Position numbers and translations under genes: made by a program. From positions 1-8,386 of IMG/VR virus record IMGVR_UViG_2541047931_000004: a stretch of 8,386 nt of DNA; one strand, written 5' to 3'. Below the pieces are notes generated by a model. That model worked only from the letters and a program-made list of their open reading frames with translations. It made no database searches and was not told the DNA's origin. The stretch comes from a virus. Lineage: Duplodnaviria; Heunggongvirae; Uroviricota; Caudoviricetes. Shown here in pieces: positions 1-6,930 of this stretch (the stretch's first letter is position 1; each line of letters opens with the position of its first letter).

Positions 1-1284
1 TTACTTCTTCGCCTCTGCAACCACTTTACTACCCACGCCGCGGTTATTGTATTCCCACATGCGGTTGTAGTTAGTGTCATTCAGATTGCGCTGTATTTCG
101 TCGTTATCATCTACGCTGCCGGTATTACCCGCAAACGGACGATTAGAGATCACCGCATCGGCCCACGGTTTAGCCGTGTTAAAACCTTCGTTGATGGCGC
201 TATCACGGATCACCACCTGACCGTTGGTATTGGCATCAACATCCAGCGAGCGGCCCAGTTGCGCCACACCATCACCGAAAGCATTGAAACGGCTGTTTAC
301 GGCGAGGAAACCGTAGTAAATGTTGGACAGCGTAGCCGGTGCAAACACATACGCTTCTTGCTGAGTACGTGAGTTCACCACGCGGAATTCGGTGTTATCG
401 AACACCACTGCGCCGCGACCAGAAACGATATCCACATCCCCTTCAATGTAGCTGTTGGTCACCAGCGTACGCGGCTGACGATTCGTTTCCAGACGGTTCT
501 GCACACCGCTGTTGGTGACAAAGAAGGTGTTCTGACGACCGAGAATGTTAACGTTGTTAATCTGTACCTGGTCACCATCAGTACGCAGTGCCACCGCCGG
601 ATGGTTACCTGCATCTACGCTATCGCCCAGCGTGTTTTCGATGGTCAGATTTTGCAGTTGCAGGCCATTGTTTTGTGACCAGAAGACCGCAGAGCAGAGA
701 ACACCGATACTGTCGCTGCGTTTGCTCTGGCAGCTATCGTACATATACCACGCTGGTTTACCTGGCATATATTTGCCGCGCGGGTTGACGTCGTGACGCC
801 AGTCGGCAGGGCTCATGCCACCATCAAGGGAAAGCCCAATCTTCACATCAATCGGTTTTTCACCTGTACCGTACAGAGTAATTCCACCCGGAGCGGCAGG
901 GACATATACCGTTCCCTGATACTCACCAGGCATCACGGCAATATACTGGCGCTTGTTGGTACGCTTGATAATTGCCGCATCTACCGCCGCCTGAATCGTG
1001 GTATGCGTTACACCTTGAGTGCCCGCCGGGCCGACAACAAAGTCAGGTTGCGCAGGCAGGGTAATCAGGGAAGGATTCCACGCTGCAGCACCTGGTGTCA
1101 GGGATGAAAAATAGTGTTGAGCATCGAAATTCTGCGCTTCTTTTGCCGACAGAATCGGGCGAGAAGAGGTACCAGGCGCGGTTTGATCAGAAGGACGTTG
1201 ATCGGGCGGGGTTGAGCTACAGGCGGTCAGCGTCACGCCAAAAGCCAATGCCAGCGCCAGACGGGAAACTGAAAATGTGTTCAC
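1..1284 (-). CDS. ybhC: YbhC-like outer-membrane lipoprotein, pectinesterase-fold (CE8-like) putative acyl-CoA thioesterase; chromosomal gene flanking the prophage
   Basis: Complete 427-aa ORF, GTG start at 1284 with GGAG 6 nt upstream, TAA stop at 1..3. N-terminal lipoprotein signal with lipobox LTAC followed by SS. Pectinesterase-like motifs seen in the translation (GEYQG, PAVALR, LGRS). Sequence recognised from memory as E. coli YbhC, which lies beside lambda attB. Confidence 0.85.
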   Translation of the reverse strand: MNTFSVSRLALALAFGVTLTACSSTPPDQRPSDQTAPGTSSRPILSAKEAQNFDAQHYFSSLTPGAAAWNPSLITLPAQPDFVVGPAGTQGVTHTTIQAAVDAAIIKRTNKRQYIAVMPGEYQGTVYVPAAPGGITLYGTGEKPIDVKIGLSLDGGMSPADWRHDVNPRGKYMPGKPAWYMYDSCQSKRSDSIGVLCSAVFWSQNNGLQLQNLTIENTLGDSVDAGNHPAVALRTDGDQVQINNVNILGRQNTFFVTNSGVQNRLETNRQPRTLVTNSYIEGDVDIVSGRGAVVFDNTEFRVVNSRTQQEAYVFAPATLSNIYYGFLAVNSRFNAFGDGVAQLGRSLDVDANTNGQVVIRDSAINEGFNTAKPWADAVISNRPFAGNTGSVDDNDEIQRNLNDTNYNRMWEYNNRGVGSKVVAEAKK

Positions 1285-1330
1285 AGGTTGCTCCGGGCTA
1301 TGAAATAGAAAAATGAATCCGTTGAAGCCT

Positions 1331-1345
1331 GCTTTTTTATACTAA
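1331..1345. other. attL core (overlap region O), lambda-type
   Basis: Exact 15-bp GCTTTTTTATACTAA, 47 bp upstream of the ybhC start and about 75 bp from the int stop. Identical to the lambda att core as I recall it. Confidence 0.9.
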
Positions 1346-1425
1346 GTTGGCATTATAAAAAAGCATTGCTTATCAATTTGTTGCAACGAGCAGGTCACTA
1401 TCAGTCAAAATAAAATCATTATTTG
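1346..1425. promoter_or_regulatory. P' arm of attL: IHF H' site and three Int arm-type sites (P'1 to P'3)
   Basis: TATCAATTTGTTG at 1371..1383 fits the IHF consensus WATCAA-N4-TTR. AGGTCACTAT (1392..1401), CAGTCAAAAT (1402..1411) and AAAATCATTA (1412..1421) fit the Int arm-type consensus C/AAGTCACTAT. Matches the lambda P' arm from memory. Confidence 0.75.
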
Positions 1426-2489
1426 ATTTCAATTTTGTCCCACTCCCTGCCTCTGTCATCACGATACTGTGATGCCATGGTGTCCGACTTATGCCCGAGA
1501 AGATGTTGAGCAAATTTATCGCTTATCTGCTTCTCATAGAGTCTTGCAGACAAACTGCGCAACTCGTGAAAGGTTGGCGGATCTCCTTCGAAGGAGAGAC
1601 CTGATGCTTTTCGTGCGCGCATAAAATACCTTGATACTGTGCCGGATGAAAGCGGTTCGCGACGAGTAGATGCAATTATGGTTTCTCCGCCAAGAATCTC
1701 TTTGCATTTATCAAGTGTTTCCTTCATTGATATTCCGAGAGCATCAACATGCAATGCTGTTGGGATGGCAATTTTTACGCCTGTTTTGCTTTGCTCGACA
1801 TAAAGATATCCATCTACGATATCAGACCACTTCATTTCGCATAAATCACCAACTCGCTGCCCGGTAACAACAGCCAGTTCCATTGCAAGTCTTAACCAAC
1901 ATGGTGATGATTCTGCTGCTTGATAAATTTTCAGGTATTCGTCAGCCGTAAGCCTTGATCTCCTTACCTCTGATTTTGCTGCGCGAGTGGCAGCGACCGG
2001 GTTTGTTGTTATATGGCCTTCAGCTATTGCCTCTCGGAATGCATCGCTCAGTGTTGATCTGATTAACTTGGCTGACGCCGCCTTGCCCTCGTCTATGTAT
2101 CCATTGAGCATTGCCGCAATTTCTTTTGTGGTGATGTCTTCAAGTGGAGCATCAGGAAGACTCCTCCTTATTGCTTTAATTTTGCTCATGTAATTTATGA
2201 GTGTCTTCTGCTTGATTCCTCTGTTGGCGAGAATTTTTTCGTAGCGATCAAGCCATGAATGTAACGTAACAGAATTATCACTGTTGATTCTCGCCGTCAG
2301 AGGCTTGTGTTTGTGTCCTGAAAATAACTCAATGTTGGCCTGTATAGCTTCAGTGATTGCTATCCTCCTGTCTCTGCCTAATCCGAACTCTTTACCCGTC
2401 CTTGGGTCCCTGTAGCAGTAATATCCATTGTTTCTTATATAAAGGTTAGGGGGTAAATCCCGGCGCTCATGACTTCGCCTTCTTCCCAT
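1419..2489 (-). CDS. int: Tyrosine site-specific integrase, lambda Int (356 aa)
   Basis: 356-aa ORF starting MGRRRSHERRDLPPNLYIRNNGYYCYRDPRTGKEF, recognised as near-identical to lambda Int. Its first 23 nt overlap the end of xis, as in lambda. Confidence 0.97.
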   Translation of the reverse strand: MGRRRSHERRDLPPNLYIRNNGYYCYRDPRTGKEFGLGRDRRIAITEAIQANIELFSGHKHKPLTARINSDNSVTLHSWLDRYEKILANRGIKQKTLINYMSKIKAIRRSLPDAPLEDITTKEIAAMLNGYIDEGKAASAKLIRSTLSDAFREAIAEGHITTNPVAATRAAKSEVRRSRLTADEYLKIYQAAESSPCWLRLAMELAVVTGQRVGDLCEMKWSDIVDGYLYVEQSKTGVKIAIPTALHVDALGISMKETLDKCKEILGGETIIASTRREPLSSGTVSRYFMRARKASGLSFEGDPPTFHELRSLSARLYEKQISDKFAQHLLGHKSDTMASQYRDDRGREWDKIEIK

Positions 2490-2685
2490 TTCTGATCCTC
2501 TTCAAAAGGCTACCTGTTACTGGTCGATTTAAGTCAATCTTTACCGCTGATTCGTGGAACAGATACTCTCTTCCATCCTTAACCGGAGGAGGGAATATCC
2601 TGCACTCGCGTACCCATCGACGAACTGTTTCAAGGCTTCTTGGGCGTCGCTGGCGTGCGTTCCACTCCTGAAGTGTCAAGTACAT
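2467..2685 (-). CDS. xis: Excisionase Xis (72 aa)
   Basis: MYLTLQEWNARQRRPRSLETVRRWVRECRIFPPPVKDGREYLFHESAVKIDLNRPVTGSLLKRIRNGKKAKS, recognised as lambda Xis. Start taken at the internal ATG (2685) of the 85-aa six-frame ORF. Confidence 0.95.
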   Translation of the reverse strand: MYLTLQEWNARQRRPRSLETVRRWVRECRIFPPPVKDGREYLFHESAVKIDLNRPVTGSLLKRIRNGKKAKS

Positions 2686-2697
2686 CGCAAAGTCTCC

Positions 2698-2711
2698 GCA
2701 ATTACACGCAA
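2698..2711 (-). promoter_or_regulatory. cII-type activator site TTGC-N6-TTGC of the int promoter pI (-35 region)
   Basis: Minus strand reads TTGCGTGTAATTGC, ending 13 nt upstream of the xis ATG. This is the arrangement of lambda pI, whose transcript starts inside xis and so expresses int alone (established lambda knowledge). Confidence 0.6.
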
Positions 2712-2733
2712 GAAAAAGCCGCATTGATGCGGC
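2711..2733 (-). terminator. Putative intrinsic terminator just upstream of pI/xis
   Basis: On the minus strand, a 7-bp stem GCCGCAT/ATGCGGC with a 2-nt loop is followed by TTTTTCTT. Function not demonstrated. Confidence 0.4.
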
Positions 2734-2791
2734 GATGGTAGGTCTGGATATCTTGAGAAATGAACAGGCCTCATTGAGTGTGAGGCTGTGG

Positions 2792-3136
2792 TTAGTCCTT
2801 GCGTAGCTCGCTAATTCTTCTGTAAGTCTCTGGTGCTTTGTTTCCGTGTATCTTCATTTCAGACTTCAACAGAGCAACGAGGGAATCCCATTCGTTGAGG
2901 ATTCCTTTGAATGCCGGAACGCGCTTTGCAACCTTGTCGAATGAATCTCTGATTTCTGGAATCTGCTCAACAAGTGCAACGCATCGCCGGAAGTCTGCTG
3001 CGTCATGTGGAGCGCCGAAGTGATGACCATAGATATTTTTTTTCAGTCCACATGCGATTGAGGCAAGAGTTGCGCTACTGATGCCGACATCGCCAGTTGA
3101 TTGCCATTTCAAAACCTTCATAGCCAAATCTGACAT
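2792..3136 (-). CDS. Hypothetical phage protein (114 aa)
   Basis: ORF 2792..3163. Start preferred at 3136 (MSDLAMKVLKWQ) because GGAG lies 7 nt upstream; the ATG at 3163 overlaps the upstream stop (TGATG) and is the alternative. No family recognised. Confidence 0.6.
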   Translation of the reverse strand: MSDLAMKVLKWQSTGDVGISSATLASIACGLKKNIYGHHFGAPHDAADFRRCVALVEQIPEIRDSFDKVAKRVPAFKGILNEWDSLVALLKSEMKIHGNKAPETYRRISELRKD

Positions 3137-3162
3137 TTCTTGTCTCCAATAAAAAACCGCCA

Positions 3163-3330
3163 TCAGGCGTCTTGGTGTTCTTTCAGTTCTTCAATTCGAA
3201 TATTGGTTACGTCTGCATGCGCTATCTGCGCCCATATCATCCAGTGGTTATAGCAGTCGTTGATGTCCTCTGCTTCGATAACCCTGTCGAATGGCTCTCC
3301 ATTCCATTCACCTGTGACTCGGAAGTGCAT
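3163..3330 (-). CDS. Small hypothetical phage protein (55 aa), below the six-frame track cutoff
   Basis: Hand translation: MHFRVTGEWNGEPFDRVIEAEDINDCYNHWMIWAQIAHADVTNIRIEELKEHQDA. GGAG 7 nt upstream of the ATG; the stop overlaps the next start (TGATG). Weak recollection of a similar small protein near xis in lambdoid phages, unverified. Confidence 0.55.
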   Translation of the reverse strand: MHFRVTGEWNGEPFDRVIEAEDINDCYNHWMIWAQIAHADVTNIRIEELKEHQDA

Positions 3331-3340
3331 TTATCATCTC

Positions 3341-3368
3341 CATAAAACAAAACTCGCCGTAGCGAGTT
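3341..3368 (-). terminator. Putative intrinsic terminator between the DUF551-like gene and the 55-aa gene
   Basis: On the minus strand, stem AACTCGC / loop TACG / GCGAGTT followed by TTTGTTTTAT. Confidence 0.5.
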
Positions 3369-3430
3369 CAGATAAAAGAAATCCCCGCGAGTGCGAGGAT
3401 TGTTATTCACCTTTGACGGCAAGTTGCAGG

Positions 3431-4324
3431 TTAGCCACGGTTAACCTCCTGCGGCGGTTCTGGTAGAGGCATCCAGTGTGACGGTTTCCACGACGCACCA
3501 GGAATTATCCACCCATCATTAGCGTCAGGATGCCCCGGGATGTAAGTAGCCCATTTCATTCGCCAGTCACCTTTCCTGTCAAACTCCACGGCAACAAGAA
3601 CGGCTGTTTTGGTATTCGGCATTCGCTCACTACAGCTTATCCAACCATCCGGAGTTACCGGAACTTGCGGAATGGCTGTCTGCTCTCGAACGTCATTAGG
3701 CGCTATAGGTTCTGCTGCCAACTGACTGGCATATTTGTTAATGGTAACGATAAGCTCTTGCTCAGCCTCATCCAGACAATCACCGATACCTCGCCTGTCA
3801 CCGTCAAAATCATCGAAATCGGCACGAATCTTGGCAACCTTCTGGATTGCGGACAACACCTCACTAGGAATTACCGGATAGTTGGTTGACGTTTCCGCGA
3901 TTTCCCGAAAATTATTGGTTGACGAATTCTTGTTTTCCCGAAAGTTTCCGGACTGAAGCATGGCGGCGCGGCAGGCGTTCCAGCCTCTCACCTCTGCAAT
4001 AGCGGCAACAGCATCAACCGCGTACATGCTAAGAGGATTAGGCATTGGTTTTTCTTCCGGTACTACTGGAACGGGGGGAGCGGCGTAGACCTCAATAATT
4101 CCATTATCAATAGGCCATTCTCCATCCTTGAGGTAGTCACTTGTGCCGTCAACTTGCTGTTCTGCAATGTGGAATGCACCTATTGGTTTTGCTTCCAGCG
4201 ATGCCAGAGCAATTCGTGCCAGTTCTTCCGCTTCTTCTGCTGGCAGTACAACGTTGCTATCAGGTCCGTATGTTTCGCGCCACTGCTTGATTGTCAGCAG
4301 TCGCTCTTTGGTAATAGTGATCAT
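3431..4324 (-). CDS. DUF551-like domain phage protein (297 aa)
   Basis: C-terminal segment PDGWISCSERMPNTKTAVLVAVEFDRKGDWRMKWATY...WMPLPEPP resembles the DUF551 domain common in enterobacterial prophage proteins (from memory). AAGGA RBS; ATGA overlap with the upstream gene stop. Confidence 0.75.
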   Translation of the reverse strand: MITITKERLLTIKQWRETYGPDSNVVLPAEEAEELARIALASLEAKPIGAFHIAEQQVDGTSDYLKDGEWPIDNGIIEVYAAPPVPVVPEEKPMPNPLSMYAVDAVAAIAEVRGWNACRAAMLQSGNFRENKNSSTNNFREIAETSTNYPVIPSEVLSAIQKVAKIRADFDDFDGDRRGIGDCLDEAEQELIVTINKYASQLAAEPIAPNDVREQTAIPQVPVTPDGWISCSERMPNTKTAVLVAVEFDRKGDWRMKWATYIPGHPDANDGWIIPGASWKPSHWMPLPEPPQEVNRG

Positions 4325-4836
4325 GCCGCGTTTCCTTCTTTCTTATTAACAATTACACCGTCATATATTTCATTAAGGTGCCCTCTCAACTCCATGCGCC
4401 TTAATGCAGATAACATGTAATCGCATTCAACCTGCTTATTCCCAATAAAAGGTTTATCTTCAGGGTTACCCCAACAGCAATTCCCCTTGGGCCATCCATG
4501 TACTTTCCGTACTCTTCCGTTAACAACGTGAAGTAATCCCCAGCCGGAAGGTAAATCCTCAACTGAAATAATTCCCGGCTCACTAATAAAGAATCGCCAG
4601 TCGCCCATTCCAAGAGATGGATTTTTACGAAAACGCTTTTTTCTATCTGCCAACAAGTCAGCACGAGAACACTTCGCCTCTATCAGGCATGATGCTGAAT
4701 TTCTGAACCCCATAGCATCTGGCTGTTCTCCGGTACTGGTTACAGCTATAAAGCGGTCATGAAAACAAACCTTGAACCCGTTGCGCTTAAGGAACTTATA
4801 CGCAATCTGACAGAGTTCGCGGTGTGTTAACGCCAT
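4321..4836 (-). CDS. Putative PD-(D/E)XK nuclease-fold protein (171 aa), possibly MmcB-like
   Basis: Start taken at the internal ATG (MALTHRELCQIAYKF) with AAGGAG 7 nt upstream. Motif order helix with E (RELCQIAYKFLKRNG), then PD (GEQPDAMGF), then ExK (CLIEAKCS), consistent with the restriction-endonuclease-like fold. Family assignment is a guess. Confidence 0.7.
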   Translation of the reverse strand: MALTHRELCQIAYKFLKRNGFKVCFHDRFIAVTSTGEQPDAMGFRNSASCLIEAKCSRADLLADRKKRFRKNPSLGMGDWRFFISEPGIISVEDLPSGWGLLHVVNGRVRKVHGWPKGNCCWGNPEDKPFIGNKQVECDYMLSALRRMELRGHLNEIYDGVIVNKKEGNAA

Positions 4837-4837
4837 A

Positions 4838-5026
4838 TCACTCTCCTTTAGTGCGCAAGTGGTTTTTCCAGCGGTTTTGCGCCGCGCTGGGCTTTTTGCA
4901 AAAACCACAATCCATCATCCCGTAATATTTCATCAACCCCATCCGTCGGTTGCTGAGTCTCACCCACTGCCAGACGCCAGGAGCGTTTCTACGAACTAAC
5001 AGAATCTTTGCTTTACGGTTTTTCAT
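4838..5026 (-). CDS. Small basic ORF (62 aa), MKNRKAK copy 2
   Basis: MKNRKAKILLVRRNAPGVWQWVRLSNRRMGLMKYYGMMDCGFCKKPSAAQNRWKNHLRTKGE. Its start overlaps the stop of the upstream mini-ORF (ATGA), and its last codons contain the RBS of the nuclease gene. Weak RBS of its own; coding status uncertain. Confidence 0.35.
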   Translation of the reverse strand: MKNRKAKILLVRRNAPGVWQWVRLSNRRMGLMKYYGMMDCGFCKKPSAAQNRWKNHLRTKGE

Positions 5027-5199
5027 CTTACAGCGTACCCTTTCTTCCGCCTGTTCTGTGACGCAGTAGGCTTACGCTTTGCGGCAAAAGCCACCTGACC
5101 AAATGGATGGAGTACCGCTATCTTATGGTTGCTAATAACCAGCTCCACCACACGCACAGGTCGCTGTAAAAAAAGTCGTTTTGCCTTACGGTTTTTCAT
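5023..5199 (-). CDS. Small basic ORF (58 aa), MKNRKAK copy 1
   Basis: Hand translation: MKNRKAKRLFLQRPVRVVELVISNHKIAVLHPFGQVAFAAKRKPTASQNRRKKGYAVR. AGGAGA 8 nt upstream. Shares its first 7 residues and about 20 nt with the downstream 62-aa ORF. Coding status uncertain. Confidence 0.35.
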   Translation of the reverse strand: MKNRKAKRLFLQRPVRVVELVISNHKIAVLHPFGQVAFAAKRKPTASQNRRKKGYAVR

Positions 5200-5371
5200 C
5201 GCTTTGCTCTCCTGCGTCTCTTTGCTGCTCGTCGTGCCGCTGCAATACCGGTATGGCGGCGCTTTGGTGACGGGATGATGTTGTCAGCCATCAGTACATG
5301 TGGCTTTGCAATTAGCGCAGAAGCCCAAAAACGAGTCGGGTACGGTAACAAGCCGATACATGCCACACGCA

Positions 5372-5848
5372 TTACTCACCTCCTTTGATGCGAATGCCAG
5401 CGGTGCGTGGCACATTAACTTCCACGATGCGCACTGTTGGTTTGTACATCTCAATCGCTGTCAGCCAGTCAGCTCCTGTCATGCGCTTTTCCGCATCGCC
5501 ATTAGTCCACTGAACCGGTACACCAATAGCCTTCATCGCGATTTCTATTTCCCCGGCAATGGCGCTTTTTCCGCAACCAGTAAAACCAGATACAACGACA
5601 AGAACTTCGCCTTTTGCTGGTTTTATTTCCCGCGTCTCCATCTCTGCAATTCGGCATATAGAATCAATATTTGTGTCTTCTAGGCGTTTAACTTCATCCA
5701 ACAATGCCAACGCGATATCTGGCGAAAAGTGCTTCATAAAATCGTTAAGCGCATTAATTCGCTGATCGAAAGGCATTACAGGTGCTTCACCAGCAATTTT
5801 TGTTTTTTCAGCGATTTCACGAAGCTTTTGATAATCAATCTTGCTCAC
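5372..5848 (-). CDS. Putative Ead/Ea22-like family protein (158 aa) with a C-terminal Walker-A-like motif
   Basis: GTG start at 5848 preferred: AAGGAGG 6 nt upstream and GTGA overlap with the upstream stop; the six-frame start at 5869 has no RBS. The N-terminus [15 protein letters not shown] resembles Ea22-like proteins as I recall them. C-terminal [28 protein letters not shown] fits GxxxxGKS. Confidence 0.65.
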   Translation of the reverse strand: MSKIDYQKLREIAEKTKIAGEAPVMPFDQRINALNDFMKHFSPDIALALLDEVKRLEDTNIDSICRIAEMETREIKPAKGEVLVVVSGFTGCGKSAIAGEIEIAMKAIGVPVQWTNGDAEKRMTGADWLTAIEMYKPTVRIVEVNVPRTAGIRIKGGE

Positions 5849-6012
5849 TGGTTGCCTCCTTTGCGCCACATCGCATTCAGATATTTGTTTTGATTCACTG
5901 ATGGAAAAGAATTTCTCTTAAGCAATTCCTCTCTCGATGGCATTGGCTTTACGCGTTGGCGAATAATCATTTCTGCCGGAAGAATGCCGGGATTGTATGC
6001 AAGTCCTCTCAT
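5845..6012 (-). CDS. Small hypothetical protein (55 aa)
   Basis: [55 protein letters not shown]. Start at 6012 chosen for GAGG 8 nt upstream; an alternative ATG at 6030 overlaps the upstream gene by 8 nt. Stop overlaps the Ea22-like GTG start. Confidence 0.4.
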   Translation of the reverse strand: MRGLAYNPGILPAEMIIRQRVKPMPSREELLKRNSFPSVNQNKYLNAMWRKGGNQ

Positions 6013-6022
6013 GGTAAATTCC

Positions 6023-6319
6023 TCAGTCATTACTGATAGCGCCATAGCGTGAGCGGTAATTACGCAGGCGCGGGTCGATATATTCAGGGAAGTGGGTATA
6101 TGTGGCTTTGCGGAATGGTCGGATTGATGTTTCGTTTGTTCGGTCCTTCTCATTTTTTAACGCGAGTTGTATATCGCGTCGGTACATCCGTTCTGCTTTT
6201 GTTTCTGGTGGCAGATCGATAAACGTGTCGAAAATGTTTTTGATATTTTCCAGCACCTCCGCCTTGGAGCTACCGGAGCAATTGCGCGGGGCATCCGCAC
6301 CATACAGAGGCGCTGGCAT
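6023..6319 (-). CDS. Hypothetical phage protein (98 aa)
   Basis: ORF begins 23 nt after the SSB-like gene stop, with a weak AGG RBS. Charged, lysine- and arginine-rich. No family recognised. Confidence 0.55.
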   Translation of the reverse strand: MPAPLYGADAPRNCSGSSKAEVLENIKNIFDTFIDLPPETKAERMYRRDIQLALKNEKDRTNETSIRPFRKATYTHFPEYIDPRLRNYRSRYGAISND

Positions 6320-6342
6320 AATGGGAGCCTTATTTTCAGTAA

Positions 6343-6930
6343 TCAGAAAGCAGGGTAATCGTTCTGGCTGTAACCATAATCATCTGCATGATTCTGGCTT
6401 ACGTTTTTAGAGCGATTGTCTTTATCTTTGAGATTGGCAACCATGTTGGCGATAGTTTCTGGTTGCTTGCCTTCTGCCTTTTCTTTAAGGGTTTGACCTG
6501 TTTGTGCAATAAACGGGATGCGTATTTCCATCTGGTAGTTGTCTGCGCCAGTCTTTTTGTTTGTAGTTAATACTTTCTGGAGCACTAACCCGATTTTCTT
6601 TCCATGAAATTCAGGTGCAACAAATTTACTGGCGGAAACCATATGCTGCGTTAATTGTCCAATCCCGGCACACCCCATCATGGCGTGAACGACATTTGCG
6701 CCAAATTTGTTTTCCGTTCCGTCATTTTTCTGAACACAGACGCTAAGATATTGGATTTTACGTCCGTCGTCGGATTCTCCAGAAAACTCAATAAATTTGG
6801 CTCCTTTTTCTGATTGCTTTAGTTCTGCTTCAGTAATGGTAATGATATGGGCGCCAGTTTCGTTAATAAAACCACCTTGCCCTGCGGTCAGTGCTGCTTC
6901 TTCGTTATAAGTAAAAATCACGTTGCTCAT
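6343..6930 (-). CDS. Putative phage ssDNA-binding-like partner of Sak4 (195 aa)
   Basis: ATGA overlap with the Sak4-like gene stop; AAGGAA RBS. C-terminal tail DDYGYSQNDYPAF is acidic/aromatic and ends in Phe, like the C-terminal tips of E. coli SSB and T7 gp2.5. No canonical SSB motifs recognised; function inferred from tail and context. Confidence 0.6.
   Translation of the reverse strand: MSNVIFTYNEEAALTAGQGGFINETGAHIITITEAELKQSEKGAKFIEFSGESDDGRKIQYLSVCVQKNDGTENKFGANVVHAMMGCAGIGQLTQHMVSASKFVAPEFHGKKIGLVLQKVLTTNKKTGADNYQMEIRIPFIAQTGQTLKEKAEGKQPETIANMVANLKDKDNRSKNVSQNHADDYGYSQNDYPAF

Noticed and set aside
545-1316. Plus-strand ORFs 545..796, 588..788, 793..1107 and 1095..1316
   Set aside because: All lie antisense within the well-supported ybhC gene; no RBS seen and low-complexity Arg/Cys-rich translations typical of antisense frames.
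1670-2193. Plus-strand ORFs 1670..1867 and 1987..2193
   Set aside because: Antisense to the near-lambda-identical int gene.
2467-2724. Extended 85-aa form of xis starting MRLFLACNCGDFA at 2724
   Set aside because: The extension overlaps the pI cII-site and hairpin region; the internal ATG at 2685 gives the canonical 72-aa Xis.
2838-3023. Plus-strand ORF 2838..3023
   Set aside because: Antisense to the 114-aa minus-strand gene, which has a proper RBS; the gene-dense minus-strand operon leaves no room for it.
3237-3466. Minus-strand ORF 3237..3422 and plus-strand ORF 3260..3466
   Set aside because: Both overlap the RBS-supported 55-aa gene and the hairpin terminator in another frame or strand; no RBS; low-complexity translations.
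3530-4420. Plus-strand ORFs 3530..3889, 4143..4349 and 4154..4420
   Set aside because: Antisense to the DUF551-like and nuclease-like genes; Cys/Ser/Arg-rich low-complexity translations.
4321-4908. Extended 195-aa form of the nuclease-like gene, and internal minus-strand ORF 4401..4664
   Set aside because: The extension lacks an RBS and overlaps the upstream mini-ORF, whereas the ATG at 4836 has AAGGAG at ideal spacing. ORF 4401..4664 is an alternative frame inside the same gene.
5300-5765. Plus-strand ORFs 5300..5683 and 5559..5765
   Set aside because: Antisense to the Ea22-like gene, which has a strong RBS and coupled start.
5845-6153. Full 102-aa form of ORF 5845..6153
   Set aside because: Its first half overlaps the 98-aa gene 6023..6319 in another frame; only the 3' part from 6012 (or 6030) is plausibly translated.
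6102-6570. Plus-strand ORFs 6102..6410, 6167..6358 and 6388..6570
   Set aside because: Antisense to the 98-aa and SSB-like genes; no RBS support.
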